Counted from the first letter of the stretch, positions 1 through 10,850 are shown. The stretch is DNA of 64,000 nucleotides from Candidatus Daviesbacteria bacterium (GCA_016176405.1 JACOXG010000004.1:9082-73081); one strand, 5' to 3'. A program made the numbers and translations. The notes: a model not told the origin generated them from the sequence alone.

Positions 1-225
1 GAAATAGATATTGTGGAAGTCAAGGCCAGACTCTCTCATGAATATGGTAAACCTGCTGAATCAATGACCCCATGGAAAATTAAATATTTGATAAAAACAG
101 CTAAATTTTATGTGAATAGAATCAATTGGGGCAGCAGGCCATATAGGTTGGATTTTATTGGCATAGATTATGCTGATGATAGAGATAACCCCACCATTGA
201 GCTAATTAAAAATATTACTTCTTAG
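1..225 (+). CDS. yraN: YraN family (UPF0102) endonuclease-like protein, 5' partial
   Basis: Reads EIDIVEVKAR...P.E.MTPWK...YRLDFIGI. The usual ~10-residue spacer between EIDIV and EVK appears to be missing. Confidence 0.75.
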   Translation, partial: EIDIVEVKARLSHEYGKPAESMTPWKIKYLIKTAKFYVNRINWGSRPYRLDFIGIDYADDRDNPTIELIKNITS

Positions 226-1093
226 ATTGATTGCCTTCCACAGCAAATGGAATCTCTTCCCAATCGTGGACTTTCCTAATCTTTTTGTTGTACCGCCACA
301 TAGTTTCTAAAAGTGATACATCTACCCCTGCTTTTTTAAACTCCCCCATTAAAGCCACCAAATCTTTGGGGAAACATTTACCTCCAAAACCTCTCTGAGT
401 TGTCACATCTAAGTGAGCATCAACAATTCTTTTGTCAGCAGCGGCCATCCGTTTGACCTCCTCATATTTAATGCCAATTTTTTGACAATAATCATAAAAA
501 AAGTTGGCAAATGTGACTTTTAAGGAAAGGAAAGCATTGGCAAAATATTTGACTGCCTCAGCTGTGGTGGGATCTGTCTGATAGATGACACTTTTGGGGA
601 AACGTTGCTTATAAATGACTGCCACTCTCCTGGAAACTAAATCATTATTAGCCCCAATCACAGTTCTATCTGCATTTAAAAAATCCTCCAAAAAGGAAGC
701 TTCTTTTAAAAATTCTGGATTAAAACAAAAATGACTCTTAGGATATTTTTCTTCAAGTTCATCAGTTGTGCCGGGAATAATAGTTGATTTGATGACAATA
801 ATTTTATCCGTATTATCCGTCAAAGGGGCGATTTGAGTGAAGCTTTCTTTAAATATAGATAGATCAATACCTGACTCATCAGCTTTCATGGGAGTTGGCA
901 AGCAGACAAAAATAAATTCAGAGGCTTTAATGACCTCCTCTAAAGAGGAACTTTCCTTAAACTTGTCATAATATAAAATCTTATCTTTACCTTTGGAAGC
1001 AATATTAAATCCATTGGCCACAGCTTGACCAACAAAGCCATATCCAATAATGCCAATACTAATGGGAACTATTAAGTCATTTGTGGAATTCAC
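215..1093 (-). CDS. UDP-glucose/GDP-mannose dehydrogenase family protein (short form)
   Basis: GIIGYGFVG Rossmann motif, VCLPTP, KSTIIPGT, FNPEFL, GFGGKCFPKD. GTG start at 1093 inferred; the ORF track extends to 1129. Confidence 0.9.
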   Translation of the reverse strand: MNSTNDLIVPISIGIIGYGFVGQAVANGFNIASKGKDKILYYDKFKESSSLEEVIKASEFIFVCLPTPMKADESGIDLSIFKESFTQIAPLTDNTDKIIVIKSTIIPGTTDELEEKYPKSHFCFNPEFLKEASFLEDFLNADRTVIGANNDLVSRRVAVIYKQRFPKSVIYQTDPTTAEAVKYFANAFLSLKVTFANFFYDYCQKIGIKYEEVKRMAAADKRIVDAHLDVTTQRGFGGKCFPKDLVALMGEFKKAGVDVSLLETMWRYNKKIRKVHDWEEIPFAVEGNQSKK

Positions 1094-1120
1094 ATAAATG
1101 AGTATAGATAATATTGGAAC

Positions 1121-1555
1121 ATGTATCAAGTATTATGTATGATGGATAAAATGAGAATCATCCGAAAAGTGGCTATGGCAGTTTTTAAAAATAAAAAATT
1201 ACTTCAAGTTAGGACTCGTAAGCAAGATAAGGTCTTTTATACTTTGGGTGGGAAAATTGAAGAAGGGGAGTCGGAAATAGAGTGTTTAAAAAGGGAAGCG
1301 ATGGAGGAGGTGGCTTGCAACTTAGATGAGTCATCTTTGAAGTTTTTACATGAATTTGAGGATGTGGCTCATGGAAAAGATGAAACCTTAGTAAATATTA
1401 AAATGTATGTAGGGGAATTAATTGGTGAACCAAAACCTACATCAGAGGTAGTTGAGATCGGCTATTTTGATTCTAAATCAGATAAGCGGAATTTATCAGA
1501 AATCGCCCAACGAAAAATCTTTCCTTGGTTAAAAAAGAATGGTTACATAAATTAG
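1121..1555 (+). CDS. NUDIX hydrolase
   Basis: Nudix box GGKIEEGESEIECLKREAMEE. True start is probably one of the downstream Met codons. Confidence 0.9.
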   Translation: MYQVLCMMDKMRIIRKVAMAVFKNKKLLQVRTRKQDKVFYTLGGKIEEGESEIECLKREAMEEVACNLDESSLKFLHEFEDVAHGKDETLVNIKMYVGELIGEPKPTSEVVEIGYFDSKSDKRNLSEIAQRKIFPWLKKNGYIN

Positions 1556-1601
1556 ACATATTTAACGATATTCATACTTTTTCCATACAATATTTTAGTC
1601 A

Positions 1602-1784
1602 TTGTTAAACACCTACCCAGCTTCTAAAGCTCAACTGGTGGCAGCCTGCAATAATATGTCAGATTTTTCTGAAGAAGATAAAAAAGAGTTTGAAGCCAAA
1701 CTTCCAGAGGCCACCTATAATTCAGCAGATGAGGTAGTACAAGCTTTAGGTTTACAACAAGGGCCTAGTGCTCCACAGGCTTAG
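1602..1784 (+). CDS. small hypothetical protein, DUF2795-like, possibly 5'-truncated
   Basis: YPASKAQLV...LPEATYNSADEVVQAL pattern; weak TTG start. Confidence 0.5.
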   Translation: MLNTYPASKAQLVAACNNMSDFSEEDKKEFEAKLPEATYNSADEVVQALGLQQGPSAPQA

Positions 1785-1862
1785 TGTTTTAAACTTCACA
1801 TTGATACATAAGCAACTCTAATTGGCAAAACGAACCTGCTTAAGGTATAATTTTTAAAGTTT

Positions 1863-1936
1863 GCCGCGTTCGTCTAGTGGTCTAGGACATCGGGCTTTCA
1901 TCCCGGAAATCACGGGTTCGACTCCCGTACGCGGTA
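1863..1936 (+). tRNA. tRNA-Glu(TTC)
   Basis: Cloverleaf GCCGCGT...ACGCGGT-A, anticodon arm TCGGG-CTTTCAT-CCCGG, T-loop TTCGACT. Confidence 0.95.
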
Positions 1937-1955
1937 CCGAAAAAATGACTCTTTT

Positions 1956-2027
1956 GGTCCGGTAGCTCAACGGTAGAGCAGTGCCCTTTTAAGGCATTGG
2001 TTCAGGGTTCGAATCCCTGCCGGATCA
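1956..2027 (+). tRNA. tRNA-Lys(TTT)
   Basis: GGTCCGG...CCGGATC-A, anticodon arm GTGCC-CTTTTAA-GGCAT, T-loop TTCGAAT. Confidence 0.95.
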
Positions 2028-2122
2028 CTAGTTAACAATAGTTAAAAATAGATGAAAGAAGTTAACAGAAAGTAACTAATAGTGCTTGCTTTTCGATTGG
2101 ATTATTGAAATACTGAACTCCT

Positions 2123-3475
2123 ATGGATATAGAAAATACAAATCAACCGCTAGCACCCCTTGAGGGTTCTACTCAAAATCAGTCCTTACCTTCCGAAGAT
2201 CAACCTAGACAATCCAAGAAGCTCATAATTATTCTGGGCATCATTATTGTTCTTCTCGCCTTCGGAGTAGGTGGATATATATTGGGGTTAAGCAATAGTA
2301 GAATTATTGATAAAAATCAGAACAATACTGTTGCAGTTTCTCCTACAAACATCCAAACAGAAAATGCAGTTAACTCATTAAACAGACTTTCTTATATTTT
2401 TAATGGGGACCTATGGACTATAGATGCTGATGGTTCTAATGAGAAACAATTAACACACTATGGATATAATAAAAACTTAATGTGGTCTCCCAGCACTCTT
2501 AAAATAGCTTATAAATCATCCCCTCAAAGTGTTGTTAGTAAGGGCAAAACATACGCAGATTGTACTAATTATCACAATATTTGGATTATTAACAGTGATG
2601 GAACAGAGCCAATTCAAGTAACGAATAGTGAGGCATCACGAAGTGAACCAAGTTGGTCTCCTGACAGTAACAAAATCGTCTTTTCCGAAAACGAGAAAAT
2701 TATTGTCTATAATTTAGTAAGTAAAAGTAAGAAAATATTAGCCACTAATGCTTATTATGATAAAGACCCAAACCGATGTGGGGAAGGTGGCGGGGGTGGT
2801 ACCTCTAGTGTAAGCTGGCATCCTAAAGAAAATACAATACTTTACAACCCAGGATTTGGTATAGATTCAAAAGCACAACTCATTGATGCACAAGATGGAA
2901 AGGTGCTTAAAACATTAGACAGTTTTGGAGCTTGGTCTCCAGATGGAACTAAAATAGCTTACGTTGAATATGGTAAAGGTGAGCCAATAACTCAAAGTAT
3001 TGTTGTGTTAACAGTCGCTGATGGGAAAAAAGAGGCATTTAAACCATTTATGGATAGTGCCAACAGTCTCTATTGGTCACCCGATGGTAAAGAAATCCTC
3101 TATCATAGTTTTGAAGATTCAGTGTTTGGTTCCCCTCCATTAAAGATGAATACAGTGCATATTTTAACCTTAGCTACCAAAGCAGATAGAAATGTTTCAG
3201 ATAAGGCGTTAAGAAGATTCATTGAGCAGAGGAAGGACTCCGGTATGCAAGTTGGAGGAAGTTCAACACACGGTTGGTCGTCTGATGGGAAGTTTATTAT
3301 TGTTGATGTTAATACAGAAGAACATAGACCTCAATATGCGGGTATAAATCAAATCAATATCGTTGATGCTCAAACAGGAGAAGTCATTAGAACCTTAAAG
3401 GAAGCCAGAAGAACGTATGGAGACGTGAATGAGGGTAAGGGATATTATAATAGTATTAGTTGGTCTCCAAAATGA
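2123..3475 (+). CDS. membrane-anchored TolB-like (PD40/WD40) beta-propeller protein
   Basis: N-terminal TM helix and repeated WSPDG-type motifs. Confidence 0.85.
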   Translation: MDIENTNQPLAPLEGSTQNQSLPSEDQPRQSKKLIIILGIIIVLLAFGVGGYILGLSNSRIIDKNQNNTVAVSPTNIQTENAVNSLNRLSYIFNGDLWTIDADGSNEKQLTHYGYNKNLMWSPSTLKIAYKSSPQSVVSKGKTYADCTNYHNIWIINSDGTEPIQVTNSEASRSEPSWSPDSNKIVFSENEKIIVYNLVSKSKKILATNAYYDKDPNRCGEGGGGGTSSVSWHPKENTILYNPGFGIDSKAQLIDAQDGKVLKTLDSFGAWSPDGTKIAYVEYGKGEPITQSIVVLTVADGKKEAFKPFMDSANSLYWSPDGKEILYHSFEDSVFGSPPLKMNTVHILTLATKADRNVSDKALRRFIEQRKDSGMQVGGSSTHGWSSDGKFIIVDVNTEEHRPQYAGINQINIVDAQTGEVIRTLKEARRTYGDVNEGKGYYNSISWSPK

Positions 3476-3657
3476 TTCTCTGTTTTAATGCGTCTGGGCC
3501 ATAGGGTCGAATTTCTACTATACATACTTAAGCATCTCTTAGCCCAAATAAATATGCATATTCAGAGTTTAGGCCGTCAGATAGGAATAAATTAAAGAAA
3601 TTATCCAGTCTGTTTAAGATACTAAGCGGATCACAAATATTAGATTGATATATCAAT

Positions 3658-3858
3658 CTAAGGAAGATCTAGATTTTTAGTTTGATTTTGTTCAATTTTT
3701 AATTTTTCATTAGCGGCATTAACAGCATCTTTGGCTCTGTTTTCTATATTTTTAGGATTTGAAGTTGAGGAAGAGTTAAAGGGTGAAAGAGTAGAGTTGG
3801 AAAAAACCAAAAGAAGGATAATTATTAGAGTTGTCACAAGTATAGCAAGTAAACCCAT
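3658..3858 (-). CDS. small membrane-anchored hypothetical protein
   Basis: ATG start, hydrophobic N-terminus, helical C-terminus. Confidence 0.6.
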   Translation of the reverse strand: MGLLAILVTTLIIILLLVFSNSTLSPFNSSSTSNPKNIENRAKDAVNAANEKLKIEQNQTKNLDLP

Positions 3859-3903
3859 TGACTTTATATTACTATATTTAAATTTCGTATAATATAAGGA
3901 GAG

Positions 3904-4854
3904 ATGTTTAATTGGGTGGATCTAGTTATTATTGGAGCCTTAATGTTTTTTGCCATCGAGGCTATTGGTAGACCAATACTACTGGAACTAATGGATTTTG
4001 GCTCATTTTTAATAGCCTTCTTTTTATCTTTCCGATATTATAATTTACCTGCCAAATTTTTTGAAAATAACTTTCAAATTCCTCATGGTTTATCTTTAGT
4101 GATTGGTTTTATGGTGATGTGGTTTTTGGCAGAAACCATATTTTATCTTTTAGTGAGAATACTTATTCCAAAAGTACCAAAAGTTAAAAGTTCAATTAAT
4201 AGTCTATCTATTATTCCAGCAATACTTCGTGGATTGATATTTATTTCCTTAGCACTGGTTCTTCTGGCCACTTTTCCCATTCAGCCTGCCATCAAAAAAG
4301 CTGTTCAAGATTCCCAAATAGGCAGTCGGATTTTGAAAAATGCTTACAGGTTAGAACAACCTGTCAAACAGGTTTTTGGGGGAGTGGCCAATGATTCTTT
4401 AAGTTTTTTAACCATTAGACCAAGGACTAATGAGAGAATTAATCTAGGTTTTCAAAATGTTCAATCCGAAGTTGATGAGACCACAGAGCGAGCCATGATT
4501 GATTTGGTCAACCAAGAAAGAACCTCCAGGGGACTTAGAGCTTTAACATTTGATGCCAACTTAAGAGAGGTGGCCAGAGCTCACAGTGAAGATATGTTTA
4601 AAAGAGGTTATTTTTCTCATTATTCTCCGGAAGGTGAGACAGTGGCAGATAGGGCTTCAAAAGTAGGGATAGATTTTTTGGTGATTGGGGAAAATTTGGC
4701 CTATGCTCCTAATTTGGAACTGGCTCATCGAGGTTTGATGAACTCGGAAGGTCACAGAGCCAATATTTTATCTGCTGATTATGGCAAAATCGGGATAGGG
4801 GTGATGGATGGAGGAGTGTACGGTAAGATGTACACACAGGTGTTTAGTAACTAG
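3904..4854 (+). CDS. CvpA-like membrane domain fused to CAP/SCP domain
   Basis: NWVDL TM region, then LVNQER...AHSEDM...FSH...GENLA...SEGHRANIL (CAP). Confidence 0.85.
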   Translation: MFNWVDLVIIGALMFFAIEAIGRPILLELMDFGSFLIAFFLSFRYYNLPAKFFENNFQIPHGLSLVIGFMVMWFLAETIFYLLVRILIPKVPKVKSSINSLSIIPAILRGLIFISLALVLLATFPIQPAIKKAVQDSQIGSRILKNAYRLEQPVKQVFGGVANDSLSFLTIRPRTNERINLGFQNVQSEVDETTERAMIDLVNQERTSRGLRALTFDANLREVARAHSEDMFKRGYFSHYSPEGETVADRASKVGIDFLVIGENLAYAPNLELAHRGLMNSEGHRANILSADYGKIGIGVMDGGVYGKMYTQVFSN

Positions 4855-5459
4855 TGATGAGTGATGGATTCAAAAAACGAATGAGTCAGAATTCAAGATT
4901 GCTAATACTATTTAGTGTTTTAATAATTCTAGTGGGATCTGGCCTTTTGTGGTCTGGGTTAAAGCTACCTGCCATCCCAATTCAACAAGCTTCTCCAACT
5001 CCCCTGGTGGAGACTGTACCAATTGCCACTAAATCAGCAAGCATTGATGTGGAGGGCGAGAGAGCATTTGTGAAGAGGGTGATTGATGGGGACACCATTG
5101 AACTAGATAACGGTTCAACAGTTAGACTGCTTGGTATAGATACACCTGAAACTGTTGATCCCAGAAAACCGGTTCAGTGTTTTGGCAAAGAAGCCTCCAA
5201 TAAACTCAAAAGCTTGGTCTTAAATCAGGTGGTCATTTTGCAAAAAGATGTTTCCGAAACTGATAAATATCAAAGATTATTAAGATATGTTTTGCTGCCT
5301 TTGGATAACGATCGGCTCCTCTTTATCAATGATTATTTAATCAGAGAGGGCTTTGCCAAAGTTTTAACTATTCCTCCTGATGTCAAATATACGGAACAAT
5401 TTCTAGAGGCTCAAAGGGAAGCCAGGGAAAATAAAAAGGGTCTTTGGGGAAGATGCTGA
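4854..5459 (+). CDS. thermonuclease (SNase-like)
   Basis: VIDGDTI, VRLLGIDTPE, DKYQRLLRYV, A...GLW. Confidence 0.92.
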   Translation: MMSDGFKKRMSQNSRLLILFSVLIILVGSGLLWSGLKLPAIPIQQASPTPLVETVPIATKSASIDVEGERAFVKRVIDGDTIELDNGSTVRLLGIDTPETVDPRKPVQCFGKEASNKLKSLVLNQVVILQKDVSETDKYQRLLRYVLLPLDNDRLLFINDYLIREGFAKVLTIPPDVKYTEQFLEAQREARENKKGLWGRC

Positions 5460-5500
5460 CCCCTTGTAGTACTCCTTCTGCCTGTGATACGTTAATTTAG

Positions 5501-5995
5501 ATGAAGAAATTTGTAATCCAGTTTGTCTTACTGCTAATTGTGATTGGTGTAGCCTTATATTTTGCCAATCCAAATTCTCAAAGAGAGACACCATCCGTGC
5601 CATTTTTACCCCAACCCCCCCAGTATTCGGAGCTGACCATCAACGGTCATAAAATTAAGGTAGAAATTGCTGATACTAAGGAAAAAAGAGGTAAGGGTTT
5701 GGGAGGAAGGGAGATGTTGGCTTCTGATGAAGGCATGCTTTTTATCTTTGACAAGGAAGAAATACATTCTTTTTGGATGAAGGGTTTAACTTTTCCATTA
5801 GATTTTGTCTGGATTAAAGGTGATCAAGTGGCGGATATTTTAAAAAATATTCCGCCGCCGCAACCGGAACAAAAAGATGACACTCTACCTATTTATCGTC
5901 CATCTGTGCCAGTTGATAAGGTTTTGGAGGTGAATGCAGGAACTGCGGATAGACTTAATATTAAAGTTGGTGATACGATTCAATTAGTCCAATAA
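5501..5995 (+). CDS. DUF192 domain protein
   Basis: VEIADT...GL..R...GMLFIF...FWMK...PLD...VLEVNAG. Confidence 0.88.
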   Translation: MKKFVIQFVLLLIVIGVALYFANPNSQRETPSVPFLPQPPQYSELTINGHKIKVEIADTKEKRGKGLGGREMLASDEGMLFIFDKEEIHSFWMKGLTFPLDFVWIKGDQVADILKNIPPPQPEQKDDTLPIYRPSVPVDKVLEVNAGTADRLNIKVGDTIQLVQ

Positions 5996-6001
5996 TCTAA
6001 T

Positions 6002-7515
6002 ATGGTTGAAGTTCTGCCCATTAGAATTTTAAGAGAAGAAGATGGACCTATTTTTGGAAAAGAGGGTGTGGCTCTGGGGAAACTTGACAGAGCCGGTATA
6101 CCGGTAGCATCAGGATTGGTGATAACTGCTCCCCATCTTAAGCTGAGAGTTATTTTAGAGCATCATGATTTTGGATCCAAAGAAGTTTTTGAGCAGTCCC
6201 TAACCTTAGTTAAAAAAGAAATAGAAAAAATTCCCATTCCTGAAGTTTTAGAGCGGGAAGTTGGTCAACACACTCACTTTTGGCTGGCAGATTCTCAAAT
6301 TAAATCAGTTAAAAAACTTTGGTTAAGTTTACTGTTTATTTGGATAGAAGAAATTAAAAATAGACTCTGGCAGGACGGATTTTACCAGGGGATCACGGAT
6401 GGATTGGAATCACAAACGGTGATTTTTGTTAAAAAAATAGAGGGATGGATTGGAATCACAAACGGTGATTTTTGTTAAAAAAATAGAGGCCTGGGGAAAT
6501 GCCTATTTTGATCCCATTCAAGATGAGGTGGTAGTTCATATAAAGCAGGATAAACTTCATCCAAATGATTTGGAAAAGTTGCAAGAAATGGTCAGGCTGG
6601 CCAATAAGAAACTATTTATTCCGCACCAATATGATTGGATTTTAGATAAAGGATTAAAGATCGTTGGAATAAAACCGTTCACACCACCCTTTACTTCACA
6701 TCTATCTGATTTGGTAATTCCTGGCATGTCTACTTATCCCATACAAATAACCCCACTTCATGGGAACGGCATGGGTAAAGAGGCAAAAAGAAGTGTGGTT
6801 AAGGTTTTTTTGGATTTATCAGATGGACTAATCATTGAAAGGGAGGCTGATGGAGTCTATATTGCCGCGGAGAAAATTTTTGATTTAAACAAACCCCGAG
6901 ATTCTTTCGAAGATTTGGTTTTCAGAGTAGTTGAGGCGGCTGTAACTTTTCCCAATAGTCAGATACTTTTTAAATTGGCAGATATGTCAGAAGGAATGGG
7001 AAAGGTAAGAGGTACCTTAAGACTGTTGCATCAAAAAAGTTTATTGGAGCCGCTGATTTGTCAGAGGAGTAGGGGAACTCGTAAAAATCAAACAAGAGTT
7101 ATCTATTAAGAAATTAAAACGCCAAGCCTCTTTACAGTTTTGGTTGGAAATAGCTGTGCCGGAAAATATTATTAATTTGGAGGATTATTTAATGGTGGGA
7201 ATAGATGGAGTAGTTTTAAATTTGGATGAGTTGATTGCTCATTTTAACGGTTTTGACCAAACGCAAGAAGACTTGGTATTTTACAAAAATGAGGTTTCCG
7301 GATTGCTTAAATTTTTAGAAGATAGCATAAAACTGCTTAATAAATCCAAAATTCCTTTTATAGCCTATGGATCTTTAAGCCAATACCAAAAAGTTTTGGA
7401 ATTTTTGGTGGAAAAAGGAGTATATGGAGTGGTGGTGGAAAGATATGAAGTCCCTTCAGCCAAAGATTTGTTGTACCAGACAGAAAAAAGGATGATTTTA
7501 AGAAAATCCTCCTAA
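6002..7515 (+). pseudogene. degenerate PEP-synthase/PPDK-like (PEP-utilising) protein split over three ORFs
   Basis: N-terminus FGKEGVALGKL..AGIPV..G and C-terminus FVRGVGEL...LEIAVPENI...GIDG. Frameshifted by a 46-bp duplication (6397-6488) and an apparent deletion near 7057. Confidence 0.65.
6397..6488 (+). repeat. perfect 46-bp tandem duplication
   Basis: GGATGGATTGGAATCACAAACGGTGATTTTTGTTAAAAAAATAGAG occurs twice. Confidence 0.9.
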
Positions 7516-8144
7516 GATTTTTTTCTTCTAATTTTGTTAATAATAGTGGCTCTGATTTCTGCATCAACCAATGCATGATGAATGGCTGGTAAAATAGAGG
7601 CTATCACAATTAGTCCTACAATGGGCAGTAAATATTTATCAATATCCGGAATAGCACTACCCAGATAATAACCCAGTAGTGGAATGATAATAGCCCAAAG
7701 AACTGCTCCCACCAAATTAAAGATAACAAACTTTTTATATCTCATCAAACCTATTCCTGCCACCACCGGGGCAAAAGCTCTGATCACTGGGACAAATCTG
7801 GCTAAAATGATGGTTTTCCCCCCATGTTTATCATAAAATTTTTGGGCTCTCATCAGGTGATCTTTGTGGAACAAAATTGAATCCTCTTTAGAAAATAATT
7901 TTCTGCCAAACTTTTGGCCAATTAAGTAGCCAATACTATCCCCTGCCACGGCGGAGATAAAACAGCCAATAATTAAAATTTTGATATCTAAAAAATTTTG
8001 GGAAGCTAAGAAGCCGGCTGTAAAAAGAAGAGAATCTCCTGGAAAGAAAAAGCCCAACATCATCCCTGATTCCAAAAAAACAATGATAAAAACCCCAAAA
8101 TATCCCACAGTTTGAATAAGAGTAGCTAAATCCAAATGAGGCAT
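7512..8144 (-). CDS. DedA family membrane protein
   Basis: FLESG..GFFFPGDSLLFTAG, GDSIGY, ARFVPVIR. Confidence 0.92.
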   Translation of the reverse strand: MPHLDLATLIQTVGYFGVFIIVFLESGMMLGFFFPGDSLLFTAGFLASQNFLDIKILIIGCFISAVAGDSIGYLIGQKFGRKLFSKEDSILFHKDHLMRAQKFYDKHGGKTIILARFVPVIRAFAPVVAGIGLMRYKKFVIFNLVGAVLWAIIIPLLGYYLGSAIPDIDKYLLPIVGLIVIASILPAIHHALVDAEIRATIINKIRRKKS

Positions 8145-8173
8145 ATCAAATGAGTATATCAAAAACTAAGAAG

Positions 8174-8800
8174 CTATTGAAATCGCCTTATTACCCCTGT
8201 ACATTTGCCTTGAATTTTTAAAGATTCCGGATCATCTACATAGATTGGGTTCATGGTAGCATTGGCTGGTTCTAACCTAATCCTATTTGGCTCACGGAAA
8301 AATCTTTTTAAGGTGGCCAGACCATTGTCCAAAAGGGCCACCACAATATCTCCGTCATTGGCAATATTTTGCTCCTCAATGATGACAAAGTCTCCATCTA
8401 AAATTCCATCCTCAATCATGGAATCTCCTTTAACTTGTAAAACATATGATCTTTTTTTACCAGAAACCATGGAGGGTGAAACCTTGACTGTGGCATCAGG
8501 ATCTGTGTAGGTCATAATAGGCTGGCCCGCTGCTATAAATCCAAGAATGGGGAGTTCTACGCCTTGTAGAGCTGAGGAGATTTTTTGATCCAATACCTCA
8601 ATACCTCTGACAGCTCCTTCAAATCTTTTGATCACCCCTTTGGCAGATAATGCCTGTAAATGTTCATGAACTGTAGCTAAAGAAGATACTCCAATTGCCT
8701 CAGCGATCTCGCCCAAAGTAGGGGAATAACCATATTTATCAATATATTGTTTAATAAAATCTAAAATCTGTTTTTGCCGGCGGTATAAGGTGATAGGCAT
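8174..8800 (-). CDS. lexA: SOS repressor LexA
   Basis: wHTH (GYSPTLGEIA), IAAG cleavage site, VKGDSM Ser, ATLKR Lys. Confidence 0.96.
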   Translation of the reverse strand: MPITLYRRQKQILDFIKQYIDKYGYSPTLGEIAEAIGVSSLATVHEHLQALSAKGVIKRFEGAVRGIEVLDQKISSALQGVELPILGFIAAGQPIMTYTDPDATVKVSPSMVSGKKRSYVLQVKGDSMIEDGILDGDFVIIEEQNIANDGDIVVALLDNGLATLKRFFREPNRIRLEPANATMNPIYVDDPESLKIQGKCTGVIRRFQ

Positions 8801-8806
8801 ACTATA

Positions 8807-8836
8807 ACAATATCAAATATAACCCGAAACTGTCAA
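8807..8836 (-). promoter_or_regulatory. sigma70 promoter of lexA (leaderless-type)
   Basis: TTGACA-18 nt-TATTGT-6 nt-ATG on the minus strand; TTCGGG lies in the spacer. Confidence 0.55.
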
Positions 8837-8882
8837 CTGAGACAAACTATATCATTTTATTTTCTGTTATACTAAATATACA

Positions 8883-10433
8883 GTGAAACTGTCCATTAAA
8901 TTTGCTGTAATTATTTTTTTCTCTCTGCTGATTACCACCACCTGGTCCAATTTTTTAATCTTTCCTATCATTAATTCATTTATTAGTTCCAGACCAGTTG
9001 ATGACCCGCTGCTTTTGGGATTACTTGATTTAGCCTTGCTGCTCATTTTGGTAGTCGTACCAATGTCTTTGATGACCTATTTTTTACTTTCAAGGATAGT
9101 TATCAAACCGATTTCTTCATTTACTAAAATTGCCAAAATTATTGCCAGCGGCAATTTAGGAACTAGGTTAAAAATTTCTTCCAGAGATGAGATTGGAGAG
9201 TTAGGTATGCATATAAACACCATTATTGAACATCTGGTCAAAGCTTTCCAAAATATGGCTTATTCCTTAAAAGATGAGCGGTTAAAGGAAAGACAGCTGG
9301 CTGAGAGTTTGGAGCAGCTTAGGAAAGAGAAAGCTAAAGATGATGCCCTTCTTTCTAGTATAGGTGATGGGGTGATTGCCATAGATAAAAACCATCGGAT
9401 TATCCTTTTTAACAATGCAGCTAGTCAACTGACAGGATTTGGATTAAGTGAGGTTTTTAGCCTTCCATATCCAAATATTTTAAGAATTGTCAATGAAAAA
9501 GACCAAACTCCAGCAGAAGATTTTATAGGGTTGGTTTTATCAGGAGGAAATAATAAAAAACAAGAACATCTGGCCATTTTAACCAAAGATGGACGGGAGA
9601 TCCCCATCTCATATTCTTTGGGAGTTATTTATGACAGCGACAGGAGGGTGAATGGGGTGGTGGTGGTTTTAAGAGATATTACTCACGAAAGACAACTGGA
9701 TAAAATGAAAGATGAATTTGTCTCCATTGCCTCTCACGAACTGAGAACCCCTATGTCTGCCATCAAAAATTTAATGTCCATGATTTTTGAGGGAGATTTT
9801 GGGGAGGTTAATGAGCAGCTGAAGGACCCTTTAAAAGATGTAGCCATATCAACAGAGCGGCTAATTCAGTTGGTTAATGATATGTTGGATGTGTCCAGGC
9901 TGGAAACAGGTAGACTTAAAATTGTTTTAGAAGATGCTCCTTTGGCGGGACTTGTAGATGAGATAGTTAAGCTGATGCAATCTTTGGCTCAAGAAACAGG
10001 CAATCATATTTCGGTGGGATCAATTGATCAGAGTATGGTGAGAACCGATGTTAGTAAATTTAAAGAAATTTTGTCTAATTTAATAGGTAATGCCCTTAAA
10101 TTTACAGATAAAGGGCAAATATCAATTTCTACCAAAAGACAAGGTAGCTATATTTTTGTGTCTGTCTCAGATACAGGGATTGGGATTGCCGAAGAAGATA
10201 AGGCAAAACTGTTTGGTAAGTTTTCCCAAATTGGCACAGGGGCTTTAGTCAGGCCACCTGGTACAGGTTTAGGGCTCTATATTTCTCGTGAATTTGCCAG
10301 AAAAATGGGTGGAGATCTTTGGCTGGAGAGTTCTGGGGAAGGAAAGGGGAGTACTTTTACTTTTTCTGTGCCAGTGGCAGATCAGGCTTCTCAACAATCT
10401 GTAATTGAAGATACCAGTTTTATTCAAGCATAA
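8883..10433 (+). CDS. sensor histidine kinase (TM-HAMP-PAS-HisKA-HATPase)
   Basis: DEIGEL HAMP, SIGDGVIA PAS, ASHELRTP, NLIGNALKFT, DTGIG, GTGLGL. Confidence 0.95.
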   Translation: MKLSIKFAVIIFFSLLITTTWSNFLIFPIINSFISSRPVDDPLLLGLLDLALLLILVVVPMSLMTYFLLSRIVIKPISSFTKIAKIIASGNLGTRLKISSRDEIGELGMHINTIIEHLVKAFQNMAYSLKDERLKERQLAESLEQLRKEKAKDDALLSSIGDGVIAIDKNHRIILFNNAASQLTGFGLSEVFSLPYPNILRIVNEKDQTPAEDFIGLVLSGGNNKKQEHLAILTKDGREIPISYSLGVIYDSDRRVNGVVVVLRDITHERQLDKMKDEFVSIASHELRTPMSAIKNLMSMIFEGDFGEVNEQLKDPLKDVAISTERLIQLVNDMLDVSRLETGRLKIVLEDAPLAGLVDEIVKLMQSLAQETGNHISVGSIDQSMVRTDVSKFKEILSNLIGNALKFTDKGQISISTKRQGSYIFVSVSDTGIGIAEEDKAKLFGKFSQIGTGALVRPPGTGLGLYISREFARKMGGDLWLESSGEGKGSTFTFSVPVADQASQQSVIEDTSFIQA

Positions 10434-10460
10434 AATATAATATGATATAAGGGAAATATT

Positions 10461-10829
10461 ATGGCCAAAGTTTTGATTGTTGAAGATGATCCTATCTTGC
10501 TAAAAATCTATCATAAAAAATTTGAGATAGAAGGATTTCAAGTAGAGACTGCCATAGATGGAGAGACAGGACTAACAAAGATAAAAACTATCATGCCAAA
10601 CCTTGTTTTAATGGATATCATGTTGCCTAAGATGAATGGGATTGATGCCATGGAAAAAGCCAAGGCAGATCCACAAACTGCCAACATCCCCTTTTTGATC
10701 TTGACCAATCTGTCTACTTCCTCTGATGCTCAGGAAGCGATGAAAAAAGGAGCAGTGGGATTTTTAGTTAAATCAGCTGTCACCCCTGCTCAGGTGGTTG
10801 CCAAAGTCAAAGAAATTCTCAAAATTTAA
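10461..10829 (+). CDS. single-domain response regulator
   Basis: LIVEDD, LMDIMLPKMNG, LTN, K. Confidence 0.93.
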   Translation: MAKVLIVEDDPILLKIYHKKFEIEGFQVETAIDGETGLTKIKTIMPNLVLMDIMLPKMNGIDAMEKAKADPQTANIPFLILTNLSTSSDAQEAMKKGAVGFLVKSAVTPAQVVAKVKEILKI

Positions 10830-10850
10830 GATATATGCTACACTTAATCT

